Positions 1 to 8,702 of a stretch of DNA of 64,000 bases are shown here, piece after piece (positions within the stretch are counted from its first letter, which is position 1; the number at the start of each line of letters is the position of its first letter). A program made the translations under genes and the position numbers. Where the stretch lies: NCBI GenBank assembly GCA_038101125.1, contig JAYNVZ010000002.1:2353-66352 (forward strand), read 5' to 3'. The stretch comes from Gammaproteobacteria bacterium. Lineage in GTDB: Bacteria > Pseudomonadota > Gammaproteobacteria > GCA-002705445 > GCA-002716945. The notes under the pieces were generated by a model that searched no databases, had not been told where the DNA came from, and saw nothing but the letters and a program-made list of their open reading frames with translations.

Positions 1-215
1 TAAACACGAAGAGATCTATATTTCTTTAACAAATCTCCCATTTTATTCAAAGCAATATCTTGCCAGTTTTCTACAAGTTCACCTGGATAACCAAGTGACT
101 TTTGAAATTCTTCCTTAGATTTGAATGGCGCTAAATGAGATGTAGCTTGCTCAACAAGTTTAGGTATAGGAGAGTAATCTTTTAATTCTGGTTTTTCAAA
201 TTCTTTTACTGCCAT
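1..215 (-). CDS. dsrK: DsrK-like protein, N-terminal fragment (gene continues beyond window start)
   Basis: Reverse complement from 215 gives an ATG-initiated reading frame (MAVKEFEKPELKDYSPIPKLVEQ...) that runs off the window edge. It lies immediately downstream of dsrM in the canonical dsrABEFHCMK order. The call rests on position and synteny only. Confidence 0.4.
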   Translation of the reverse strand, partial: MAVKEFEKPELKDYSPIPKLVEQATSHLAPFKSKEEFQKSLGYPGELVENWQDIALNKMGDLLKKYRSLRV

Positions 216-224
216 ATTAATCTC

Positions 225-962
225 TTATTTGTTTGATTCTAGACTCTTTGCCCAATCTGAAATATGTCTCTGGTCTCTTGCTGTATCAGTTTGATTTCTT
301 GTGGGACTAAAAAATAATCCTGGTGCATGTAACAATTTACTATAGGGAAATATTATCATTAAAAGTAAAACAAGTGAAAGATGTAAGAGCAAAATAAAAT
401 CATTAGGTAACTCTGTCCAACTAAAATACATCAGTCCAATAAAAAACTGTTTTACTGCATATATATCAGTATGAAACCACTTCATCATTAAACCAGATAT
501 AGCTATTGAAATAATTAGTATTAACATTAAATAATCTGATGGATTTGATATATATCTAACTCTGTCAACGAATATCCTTCTTGCCAAAAGTCCAAACAAA
601 CCAAAAACCATAACATAGCCTGCATAATGTCCAGCAGCTTGAACGATTTCCCATGAAACCCAAGTCCATACTGGATCTGTAAAATACTTCAAGTGTCTGA
701 AGGCTGCGAGTAAAAGTGCAAAATGAAATAACCAGCCAAATAACCATGTCCATTTAGTTGCCGAGAATAAACTCTCAAAGAACACAACTTCTCTAAAAAT
801 TCTAACCGCTACCAATGGTTTTGTTTTAGGCGCAGGAGGTGTTGGGATTTTTAAAGGGGCAGGTATTGTTGAATATTCGTATATCCTATAAGCAATACCT
901 ATAAAGAGTATTAAGGTAGCCACATAGAATGATATTCCATAGAATATAGTCACAAATGACAT
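225..962 (-). CDS. dsrM: DsrM, NarI-like dihaem cytochrome b membrane subunit of the DsrMK(JOP) complex
   Basis: 245 aa polytopic membrane protein with conserved His in TM helices. It sits directly downstream of dsrC and precedes the dsrK fragment. Confidence 0.65.
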   Translation of the reverse strand: MSFVTIFYGISFYVATLILFIGIAYRIYEYSTIPAPLKIPTPPAPKTKPLVAVRIFREVVFFESLFSATKWTWLFGWLFHFALLLAAFRHLKYFTDPVWTWVSWEIVQAAGHYAGYVMVFGLFGLLARRIFVDRVRYISNPSDYLMLILIISIAISGLMMKWFHTDIYAVKQFFIGLMYFSWTELPNDFILLLHLSLVLLLMIIFPYSKLLHAPGLFFSPTRNQTDTARDQRHISDWAKSLESNK

Positions 963-995
963 ACCTTATCTCTCCTTATATTTTTGGTATTATAA

Positions 996-1328
996 TTAAA
1001 CGCAACCAGTAGGCTTTGGTAATCCAGCAAATTTACATGCTTGTTTACCTGGACCATAAGGAAACAACTCATATAAATATTTACTGTTACCTTTATCTTT
1101 GCCAAGTTTCTTACCTACAGCTTTTGTTAATACTCTAACAGCTGGCGCTATTTGATATTCTTCGTAATATTCTCTTAAGAAATTAATAATTTCCCAGTGA
1201 TCATCACCAAGGTCAATGCCATCTTCTTTAGCCATGGCAGTAGCTAGGTCTTTCTCCCACTCACCAAGATTGGCTAAATAGCCTTCTTCGTCGGTTTCAA
1301 AAGATTTTCCATTTACTTCTATCGGCAT
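996..1328 (-). CDS. dsrC: DsrC (TusE/DsrC/DsvC family) with both conserved C-terminal cysteines
   Basis: 110 aa. The C-terminus CKFAGLPKPTGCV carries CysB and the penultimate CysA typical of bona fide DsrC. It lies in the dsr operon. Confidence 0.85.
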   Translation of the reverse strand: MPIEVNGKSFETDEEGYLANLGEWEKDLATAMAKEDGIDLGDDHWEIINFLREYYEEYQIAPAVRVLTKAVGKKLGKDKGNSKYLYELFPYGPGKQACKFAGLPKPTGCV

Positions 1329-1341
1329 AATTTACTCCTAT

Positions 1342-1644
1342 TTATAACCAGTTTTGAACTTTATCATTCTCAACTGTTAATTTAACAAATTCTTTATAAT
1401 CTATAATTTCTATATTAGAGATTAGGGAACTTTTATCAAGTCCTCTTGCTTTTAAATCTGGCCCAAGTACATAAAGTTTAATAGTTTTTTGAGCATTTGT
1501 AATTGAACTCTCAAAGGATGTATTCTGTAAAGCTCCATAAACACCATCTTCAATCAAAAGAATTGATGAATTATCTTCAGCTAATCTTAAACATGTCTCA
1601 AGACTATTTTTTTCAAATGGTGATTTATTTACAGTATGTAACAT
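1342..1644 (-). CDS. dsrH: DsrH (TusB-like sulfur relay subunit)
   Basis: 100 aa, position after dsrF, size and DsrH/TusB-like sequence. It overlaps dsrF by 1 nt. Confidence 0.65.
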   Translation of the reverse strand: MLHTVNKSPFEKNSLETCLRLAEDNSSILLIEDGVYGALQNTSFESSITNAQKTIKLYVLGPDLKARGLDKSSLISNIEIIDYKEFVKLTVENDKVQNWL

Positions 1645-2027
1645 TAGAAATTTAAAACAACCTCGCTATCGGACATTAATTTTTTCATCTCAGAACTATC
1701 AATAACTTTGACATCTACAGATAAATCATCTTCTGTGAGTCCGCGTGAATGAAGTGATTCTTTCTCAACATAGAGTTTTTCTACATCATACATTTCCAAT
1801 GCAGAATAAATTTTAGAAAAGTTCTTAGTATAGATTTCGGATGTATCTTGATTCTTTTTTAGCTGAAAAACACCATCATCTATGAAGGCCAAACTTACAT
1901 CTTGATCAAATGCAGCTCCTATCAAAACTACTTCCAGCGCTTCATGCGCATATACTGTTCCATGTGGTGCTCTACGATTTACATAGAGGAATTTTTTAAC
2001 AACACCCGTTTCTAGTTCATCTTCCAT
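1644..2027 (-). CDS. dsrF: DsrF (TusC-like sulfur relay subunit)
   Basis: 127 aa DsrE/DsrF-fold protein between dsrE and dsrH. Confidence 0.7.
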   Translation of the reverse strand: MEDELETGVVKKFLYVNRRAPHGTVYAHEALEVVLIGAAFDQDVSLAFIDDGVFQLKKNQDTSEIYTKNFSKIYSALEMYDVEKLYVEKESLHSRGLTEDDLSVDVKVIDSSEMKKLMSDSEVVLNF

Positions 2028-2420
2028 TTAATCACCAAAAGTTATCATCCTATCTGCTTGTATTCCAGCCTCTATTAGTTGACCTAATCCAGATATCCTG
2101 AATTTTTCAGCTATATTATCAGCATCTTTATTATTTCTTTTCATTTCATCAGGATCTACCATGCCACGTCTTTGAGCTGCAGCAACGCATAAAACTAAGT
2201 CGATATTATTTTCTTTTGCTAATTCAGACCATCTATTTGGGATATGTCTATCATCCTGAGGAGGTGTCGCTAATCTTGTTCCATTATTTACACCATCATG
2301 ATAGAAGAAAACTCTAAAGATTGTGTGTCCTTCTTCAATAGCAGCTTTAGCGAATAAATAAGCACTGTCAGAAGCTTGATGCTGATATGGTCCTTCATTG
2401 ACTAGTATACCAAAATTCAT
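2028..2420 (-). CDS. dsrE: DsrE (TusD-like sulfur relay subunit, conserved active Cys in LCVAAAQRRG)
   Basis: 130 aa DsrE/TusD family protein with a conserved Cys-containing motif. It lies immediately downstream of dsrB. Confidence 0.75.
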   Translation of the reverse strand: MNFGILVNEGPYQHQASDSAYLFAKAAIEEGHTIFRVFFYHDGVNNGTRLATPPQDDRHIPNRWSELAKENNIDLVLCVAAAQRRGMVDPDEMKRNNKDADNIAEKFRISGLGQLIEAGIQADRMITFGD

Positions 2421-2432
2421 AATAACCTGCTG

Positions 2433-3512
2433 TTAAAATCTAATATAAGCAGATGAATTCAATGTTTTTCTTCCACCACGCCAGTTATCGATATGATGTT
2501 TAGTAAATGGCAACTCAGTCAATTCAAAGAATCTTGGCCATCCTATTCTTTCAATCCAATCATTTATACGTTCCCAATCCTTAGCATCTTCTTTGTAAAC
2601 TTTTAAGATCCTTTTTACTATAGCAGTCGCTTCTGGCCATCTAGGTGGATTATTAGGTATACCTGCAGCTACTAATTTTTGGAAAGTTGGTTTACTTCTT
2701 GCATTAGAATGGTTGCCACCTACCCAGATAGCTAATTTACTATGCTCTGGATCATTTATTTGCATTGGTGGACACGGAGGAAAACAAGCTCCACAGCAAA
2801 TACATTTCTTTTCATCTACTTCTAGTGAGGCCTTTCCATTAACCATTGCAGGTCTAATCGCTGCAACAGGACATCTAGCTACAACAGATGGTCTCTCACA
2901 TACGTTAGAAACTAGGTCATGATTAATTTTAGGTGGTTTGGTATGTTGTATATTAATTGCAATATCACCTTGACCACCACAGTTTATTTGACAACATGAT
3001 GTAGTCATGTGAACCCTGTTTGGCATCTCATTATTTTTAAATTCATCTATTAACTCATCCATCATTGCCTTTACAACACCAGATGCATCTGTTCCTGGGA
3101 TATCACAATGCAACCATCCTTGAGTATGAGATATCATTGCGACACTATTTTTAGTTCCACCAACAATGAAGCCTTCTTTTTCTAGTGCTTCAATTAATGG
3201 CTCAACTTTTTCTGAGTCTTTGACCATGTATTCAATGTTGCTTCTTATTGTGAATCTTACAAACCCATCTGCATATTTATCACCAATATCACAAAGTGTT
3301 CTTAGGGTAAATACATCTAAAATTCTCTGAGTTCCTGCTCTAATTGTCCAGATTTCATCACCACTCTCTGCCTTATGTCTTAATACTCCAGGCTTAGGGT
3401 GATCATGCCATTTCCATTGTCCAAAATTTTTTCGCATTGTTGGATGCATGTACTGAAATCCATCAGGAGCTCCAGTCTCTATAGGTGATCTTTGTTTTTT
3501 TTGTTCTGTCAT
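2433..3512 (-). CDS. dsrB: Dissimilatory sulfite reductase beta subunit
   Basis: 359 aa. It has sirohaem/FeS-binding Cys clusters and a ferredoxin-like insert (CPVAAIRP...CICCGAC). It follows dsrA. Confidence 0.9.
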   Translation of the reverse strand: MTEQKKQRSPIETGAPDGFQYMHPTMRKNFGQWKWHDHPKPGVLRHKAESGDEIWTIRAGTQRILDVFTLRTLCDIGDKYADGFVRFTIRSNIEYMVKDSEKVEPLIEALEKEGFIVGGTKNSVAMISHTQGWLHCDIPGTDASGVVKAMMDELIDEFKNNEMPNRVHMTTSCCQINCGGQGDIAINIQHTKPPKINHDLVSNVCERPSVVARCPVAAIRPAMVNGKASLEVDEKKCICCGACFPPCPPMQINDPEHSKLAIWVGGNHSNARSKPTFQKLVAAGIPNNPPRWPEATAIVKRILKVYKEDAKDWERINDWIERIGWPRFFELTELPFTKHHIDNWRGGRKTLNSSAYIRF

Positions 3513-3527
3513 AATTACTCTTCTCTT

Positions 3528-4781
3528 TTAAGCAGTGTCTTTCTTAGCGTCTGCACGTTCATACCATTTAACTGCTTCATCATCCCAATCATCTGTTCTT
3601 ACATAACTTGACTCTCTTGGGTTTGCAATCATATTTGGCTCAACTTCTACACCAATCCCTTCTAAGAAATTTACTAAACCAATTCTTTCGATCATCTCAC
3701 CGCATCTTTCATGTTCCAGCGCATTATCTGCCCAGAAATCAATCGTTTCCTCTGCAATTTCAACTAGCCTATCCCAGTCTTCTTCAGATTCTAGTTTCAT
3801 GAATGGAACTATTACCGTCCCCATTAAGTCGCCAATCTTAAGTGTTCTTTTGCCGCCAATAAGAATTGTTGCCCCTTTATCATCACCTGGATGTAAAGCT
3901 TTTGGCACCACGTTAAGACAATGCATACATTTTACACAATTCTGGTTATCGATTGTGACAGAATCATCGTCATTGAGAGATATTGCATTAGTTGGACAAC
4001 GTGTAACTATATTATCAATTACATATTTTCTACCCTTTAATCCAACATATGCTTTGAACTCTTCTTGATCTACTTTTATGTCATCTCTCCAAGTTCCTAT
4101 GACAGACATATCTGCTCTTTCTATAGAGTTCATGCAATCATTAGCACATCCTGATACTTTAAATTTGAATTTATATGGCAATGCAGGTCTATGCATATCG
4201 TCAATAAAATTATTTACTAATAATCTATGAGCTTTGTGTTCATTAACATTAGACATTTCGCATCTTCCAGCACCTACGCATGACATTGCTGTTCTCACGC
4301 ATGGACCAGCACCACCTAAATCCCACCCTTTTTCATTGATATCGTCGAAAAAGTGTTGCGTAGAATCGGTAGTTGACCCAATAAACATAATGTTGCCGGT
4401 TTGACCATGGAAAGTGACTAAACCAGAGCCATGTTTTTCCCATGAATCTGCTAGGTCTCGTAGTGATTGTGTAGTATAAAAATTACCTGCTGGAGGCTGA
4501 ACTCTTAAAGTATGGAATTCTTTTGACTTTGGAAATGCATCTCCAACTTCAGAAAATCTTGGAATGATACCGCCACCATATCCATATACACTTACTGTTC
4601 CACCTTTCCAGTATCCTTTTCTTGTTTCGTATGAATGTTCTAATTGACCTAATAAATCATTGGTCATTTCATTAATTCTTGTCTCTGGATGCGTATCTCT
4701 TAATCTTTTGATTCCACTAATGAAACTAGGCCATGGCCCGTTTTCTAGCTCATCTAACATAGGTGTATCGTGCTTTTTCAA
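3528..4781 (-). CDS. dsrA: Dissimilatory sulfite reductase alpha subunit
   Basis: 417 aa. It has DsrA-type Cys motifs (CVGAGRCE, ferredoxin domain CPTNAI...CVKCMHC). It is the first gene of the dsr operon, and dsrEFH downstream indicate the sulfur-oxidising type. Confidence 0.9.
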   Translation of the reverse strand: MKKHDTPMLDELENGPWPSFISGIKRLRDTHPETRINEMTNDLLGQLEHSYETRKGYWKGGTVSVYGYGGGIIPRFSEVGDAFPKSKEFHTLRVQPPAGNFYTTQSLRDLADSWEKHGSGLVTFHGQTGNIMFIGSTTDSTQHFFDDINEKGWDLGGAGPCVRTAMSCVGAGRCEMSNVNEHKAHRLLVNNFIDDMHRPALPYKFKFKVSGCANDCMNSIERADMSVIGTWRDDIKVDQEEFKAYVGLKGRKYVIDNIVTRCPTNAISLNDDDSVTIDNQNCVKCMHCLNVVPKALHPGDDKGATILIGGKRTLKIGDLMGTVIVPFMKLESEEDWDRLVEIAEETIDFWADNALEHERCGEMIERIGLVNFLEGIGVEVEPNMIANPRESSYVRTDDWDDEAVKWYERADAKKDTA

Positions 4782-4907
4782 TTATAACTCCCCAACTCTG
4801 ATATATATCTTTATTATATTATCATTATTTTCTAATATAAGTCTATGGCTAAACAATATAGCATTGATAATAAATGCTTTACAAGTAATAAATATGAATA
4901 AATTCTG

Positions 4908-5756
4908 ATGAATATACTCTTAAATACTAAAGAAGATTATAAACGCTGGAAAGATAAAAAACTAGAGTCATTTACTAGAAATATCGATCATCTAACAGTC
5001 CATATTTCTAATCCGAACAGTGTGAGCAAGCCTGAAAAAAATAAGGTAATTAGCCTTTTGAGAAGTAATAACCTAGCTTTTTTCAATATTGATAATATTA
5101 GTTATAAAGATAAATCATCCATCAAAAGATTTGCCTTTCAAATTGGACTAGGTGATTATGAATTAGATTCAAGATCGGATGATGATGGCCTCACAGAGAT
5201 AAAAGAACATAAGCATAACGATAAAATATCTGAGTATATTCCATACACTGCTAAAGAGCTAAATTGGCACACAGATGGCTACTATAATACTAAAGATAAT
5301 TCCATTTTATCATGGTTATTATTCTGTAAGACACAATCCGAAAAAGGCGGAGTTAACAAATATTTAGATCATGAAATCTCATATATTTTGTTTAACGATA
5401 TTAGTAATAAAATAAAAGATCTAATGTTAGAAAACACTTGCTGTATCCCAGAAAATCGAATGACTAAAAGGAAGGGGGTTCTTAATCCAGTTTATATGTT
5501 TAATGATGAGAAATTGCATATGAAGTTTAGTATGAGAAAAAAAAATATTATTTGGAATGATGTTAGTCTGAAAGCGATCAATATCCTAAAAAGTATTATA
5601 GAAGATTCATCTGAATATCATATAACAAAAAAATTTGCTGAAGGAGAAGGTGTAATAACAAATAATGTTATTCATAAGCGTACAGCATTTACAAATTCAG
5701 AAAATAAGAATAGGCTCTTATATAGATTAAGATCCAAAAGAAGAGTAATTAAGTGA
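4908..5756 (+). CDS. TauD/TfdA-family Fe(II)/2-oxoglutarate dioxygenase
   Basis: It has the WHTDG (HxD) motif. A distal GEGVITNNVIHKRT segment aligns with TauD GDLVMWDNRCLLHRAT (second His and Arg). The gene is divergent from dsrA. Confidence 0.6.
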   Translation: MNILLNTKEDYKRWKDKKLESFTRNIDHLTVHISNPNSVSKPEKNKVISLLRSNNLAFFNIDNISYKDKSSIKRFAFQIGLGDYELDSRSDDDGLTEIKEHKHNDKISEYIPYTAKELNWHTDGYYNTKDNSILSWLLFCKTQSEKGGVNKYLDHEISYILFNDISNKIKDLMLENTCCIPENRMTKRKGVLNPVYMFNDEKLHMKFSMRKKNIIWNDVSLKAINILKSIIEDSSEYHITKKFAEGEGVITNNVIHKRTAFTNSENKNRLLYRLRSKRRVIK

Positions 5757-5947
5757 TGTTGTACCTAAGCAGTTTATTGATAGAAGAAAAACAAATCGAA
5801 ACATTTGATGAATTACTAGAAGTCATTAAACAACGGGCAAAAGATGGGGAGATCTTTTTTAGGATTGATCTCAAACCTCCATTTCCTGATACGCCAGAAA
5901 ACTGGGAAGATAAAGTAGAATCAGCCTTTAACAGTTACATAGAATAA
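5753..5947 (+). CDS. hypothetical small acidic protein (64 aa), translationally coupled to the upstream gene (ATGA overlap)
   Basis: ORF with 4-nt overlap to the TauD-like gene. No recognisable domain. Confidence 0.3.
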   Translation: MMLYLSSLLIEEKQIETFDELLEVIKQRAKDGEIFFRIDLKPPFPDTPENWEDKVESAFNSYIE

Positions 5948-5949
5948 TA

Positions 5950-6624
5950 ATGTGGGAAGAAGAAGAACAAGTTCAGCTCAATGATACATCTAAAATGATA
6001 GATGTAACTTTTAGAATAGATTGCAAAACATTACCCTATGATCATGCTTATGCTTTATCTAATGAAATAACAAAAAATATGCCCTGGCTCTTAGAGAATA
6101 ATTTAACTGGCATACATACGCTTCATGGACCTGAGTCTGGTAATGGCTGGGTAAGATCAGAAAAAGAAGAAATCTTTTTATCCAAAAGAACACGTTTAGT
6201 TCTTAGAATTCCAAGGATTGATATAGAAAAAGCTAAAGAGCTCGAGAATGTTTCTGTGAACGTATTGGGCAATACCATTAAAATTGGTAAATCTAACACT
6301 AAAGCTTTCCTTGTTGTCAGAGACTTAATTAGCAGGTTTGTGTTATGTGACGAGAATGAAACTGAAGAGGACTTTCTTTTAAGTGTAAAAAAAGAATTAT
6401 TTTCTCATGGAGTCATGATAAAAAAAGCAATATGTGGCAAAGAAAAATCTTTCACAATAAATGGTAAAAATAGATTTACTCGCAGCCTGATGATTGCCGA
6501 TCTAAGTAAAGAAAACTCTGTTTTACTCCAAGATACTGGTGTAGGCAGTGGCAGAATATTTGGATGTGGTATTTTTCTACCTCATAAATCAATTGATGCA
6601 GTTTCTGGTTTCAAAGAAGACTAG
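5950..6624 (+). CDS. Cas6-like RAMP-superfamily protein (Cmx6-like), orphan
   Basis: N-terminus MIDVTFRIDCKTLPYDHAYALSNEI resembles the Cas6/Cmx6 N-terminal signature. A C-proximal glycine-rich loop GVGSGRIFGCG matches the GhGxxxxxGhG RAMP motif. No CRISPR repeats are seen in the window. Confidence 0.4.
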   Translation: MWEEEEQVQLNDTSKMIDVTFRIDCKTLPYDHAYALSNEITKNMPWLLENNLTGIHTLHGPESGNGWVRSEKEEIFLSKRTRLVLRIPRIDIEKAKELENVSVNVLGNTIKIGKSNTKAFLVVRDLISRFVLCDENETEEDFLLSVKKELFSHGVMIKKAICGKEKSFTINGKNRFTRSLMIADLSKENSVLLQDTGVGSGRIFGCGIFLPHKSIDAVSGFKED

Positions 6625-6708
6625 ATGATTCTTAAAATCCATATAGACATATTCTGATTAGTATATTAGAATTTTCACATATACAAAATAGGTTAGATGG
6701 AGTTTTAA

Positions 6709-7047
6709 ATGAAAGTTGAACTAAATGGTGTGCAAATTGAGACAACTGAGACTGGATTTCTAGTTAATCTTGAAGATTGGAATGAAGACATTGCTAAGGT
6801 AATTGCAACACAAGAGGAAATTGAACTAACTGACAGGCATTGGGATGTCATTAATTATTTAAGAGATGAATTTATCAATAATAAAGAGAATCAACCTAAT
6901 ACAAGAAATATGGTCAAAGATATCGGTAAAATTTGGGGTGAGAAAATTGATACTAAAACATTATTTGATTTATTCCCTGGCAATCCAAGCAAACAAGCTG
7001 GTAGAATAGGTGGTTTACCAGAAAGTAGGAGAAAAGGTGGATACTAA
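6709..7047 (+). CDS. DsrC/TusE-family paralog lacking both conserved C-terminal cysteines
   Basis: 112 aa, alignable along its length to the dsrC at 996-1328 (NLEDWNEDIAKVIA, WDVINYLRDEF, LFDLFPGNPSKQAG). It ends ...GLPESRRKGGY and has no Cys anywhere. Confidence 0.65.
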   Translation: MKVELNGVQIETTETGFLVNLEDWNEDIAKVIATQEEIELTDRHWDVINYLRDEFINNKENQPNTRNMVKDIGKIWGEKIDTKTLFDLFPGNPSKQAGRIGGLPESRRKGGY

Positions 7048-7271
7048 TGAGTGATATGAAAAAACTTGAAGAAGAGAGAAAAACTATAATTACTAAAATG
7101 CTTAAAATTCAGAAGGAATTTATGGAGCTAGAAAGAAAGGATGGTATTACAGAAAAAGATATACACCTCAATCCGACTGGAATAGTAAAAGAATACAAAG
7201 AAGAGCATGAAAAACTAGCAAATAGACTAGTTGATATAGCTCATGAACTTAAGGGGTCAATTAGAACATAA
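7047..7271 (+). CDS. hypothetical coiled-coil small protein (74 aa)
   Basis: ORF overlapping the upstream stop, with a charged heptad-like sequence. Confidence 0.3.
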   Translation: MSDMKKLEEERKTIITKMLKIQKEFMELERKDGITEKDIHLNPTGIVKEYKEEHEKLANRLVDIAHELKGSIRT

Positions 7272-7465
7272 TGAATAATGATTATTTTCAAAAAGTAAGC
7301 GAATTAGAAGAAATGAATGTTTCCGATGATTATATAATTGGTTGGCAAGAAGGCTATCAGCACGCTCCAAAACTAGAAGAACAAAGATTGACAGATGCGT
7401 ATGAAGCTGGATATGAAGACGGAGAAAATAACAATATAGAAAAGGCGGAAAAATTTAAGAAGTAA
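7271..7465 (+). CDS. hypothetical small acidic protein (64 aa)
   Basis: ORF coupled to the upstream gene by a 1-nt stop/start overlap (TAATG). Confidence 0.25.
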   Translation: MNNDYFQKVSELEEMNVSDDYIIGWQEGYQHAPKLEEQRLTDAYEAGYEDGENNNIEKAEKFKK

Positions 7466-8026
7466 CTACTTGGTTAGCGAGTTATACACATCTATAATTT
7501 TCTTACATATTTCCACCGCATCAATATCTACAATCTGATCCATAACCCATTTATTAGTTTGACTTGTTCCCATGGCATCCTGAATTTTTTTCGCAAGGTG
7601 ACGATAAATAGAATAGTTTGAACCACCGTTTGTAAATTCATAGTTTGAGTACTCTTCTGATCTTAAATTCAAAGTATTAATATAACCTTTTTTGTAATCT
7701 CCAATGCCAAATAAGTCCTCGCAATTTTCCTGCATTATTCTAGAAGACTGTTTGCCTAATATGTTCATAACTGCCATTCTATAATCATCTTTTTTTTTGT
7801 CTAAAAATAGAAGCCTATCTACAATATGGACTTGGAAAGACATAAACTCAACAATGACAGCTATACGTTGATGATCAGATGAATAATCAAAATCTTCTCC
7901 ATGAAGATTGCGTGCTTTATCTAAAGATAACTTCCAAGAAATATAAGATAAAGCGCTTGCAATATCTTCGCTAGTTTTCTGACGCTTTACCGTCTTTGAC
8001 CAATTACTCTTAATTCTAATTGCCAT
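7466..8026 (-). CDS. hypothetical protein (186 aa)
   Basis: Long ORF on the opposite strand inside the accessory block. No recognisable motif. Confidence 0.35.
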   Translation of the reverse strand: MAIRIKSNWSKTVKRQKTSEDIASALSYISWKLSLDKARNLHGEDFDYSSDHQRIAVIVEFMSFQVHIVDRLLFLDKKKDDYRMAVMNILGKQSSRIMQENCEDLFGIGDYKKGYINTLNLRSEEYSNYEFTNGGSNYSIYRHLAKKIQDAMGTSQTNKWVMDQIVDIDAVEICKKIIDVYNSLTK

Positions 8027-8108
8027 ATTAATTATCTTCTATATATTTAGGTTGTATTTTATACTATACACTCAACTATTAAGAATATAAATCTAGAGGT
8101 AATATCAA

Positions 8109-8702
8109 TTGGGTATTGAGATCAACAAAAGATTAATAGAAGTCAAACCTGGGAGTTTCATTTATGAATTCCAAAATAGCTTATCCACTGATGAATGCAA
8201 GAATATTATAAATAGATTTGAAGAGTCTAAAGATGACCATTACCAAGGAAGAGTAGGTCAAAATTTTACTAAAAATGCAGATGTAAAGAAGTCCACAGAT
8301 ATGGTAATAAGTGGCAAAGACAAATGGAAAGATGTGGATGAATTATTTTTTACTAGTTTATCTAAAGCTCTGAGTACTGTTAAAAAAGAATTTGATTTTT
8401 TTTCTGGGCCTTTTAAAGATATTGGTTATGCTGTACAACGAACTAAACCAGGTGAGTACTTTCATTGGCATATTGATAGCGGGAGCCATCAATTTAGCGA
8501 TAGACAATTAGTAGCAATTTGGTATCTGAATGATGTTGACGGGCCAGGCGGAGAAACTGAGTTCTTAAATCAAGACGTTAAAGTAAAACCTGAAGCTGGG
8601 AAACTTATATTGTTTCCACCATTTTGGACTCATGAGCATCGTGGTGTTACACTTCAAAAAGGTATTAAATATATAGCAACTACATGGATAGTATTTAAAT
8701 AA
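8109..8702 (+). CDS. 2OG-Fe(II) oxygenase superfamily protein (prolyl-4-hydroxylase-like), TTG start
   Basis: HWHIDSG (HxD) plus distal THEHRG His fit a double-stranded beta-helix 2-His-1-carboxylate site. Confidence 0.55.
   Translation: MGIEINKRLIEVKPGSFIYEFQNSLSTDECKNIINRFEESKDDHYQGRVGQNFTKNADVKKSTDMVISGKDKWKDVDELFFTSLSKALSTVKKEFDFFSGPFKDIGYAVQRTKPGEYFHWHIDSGSHQFSDRQLVAIWYLNDVDGPGGETEFLNQDVKVKPEAGKLILFPPFWTHEHRGVTLQKGIKYIATTWIVFK

Noticed and set aside
2713-4068. Plus-strand ORFs 2713-2922, 3608-3802 and 3799-4068 inside dsrAB
   Set aside because: They are antisense to strongly supported dsrA/dsrB coding sequence, lack SD sequences and give low-complexity translations. They are spurious shadow ORFs.
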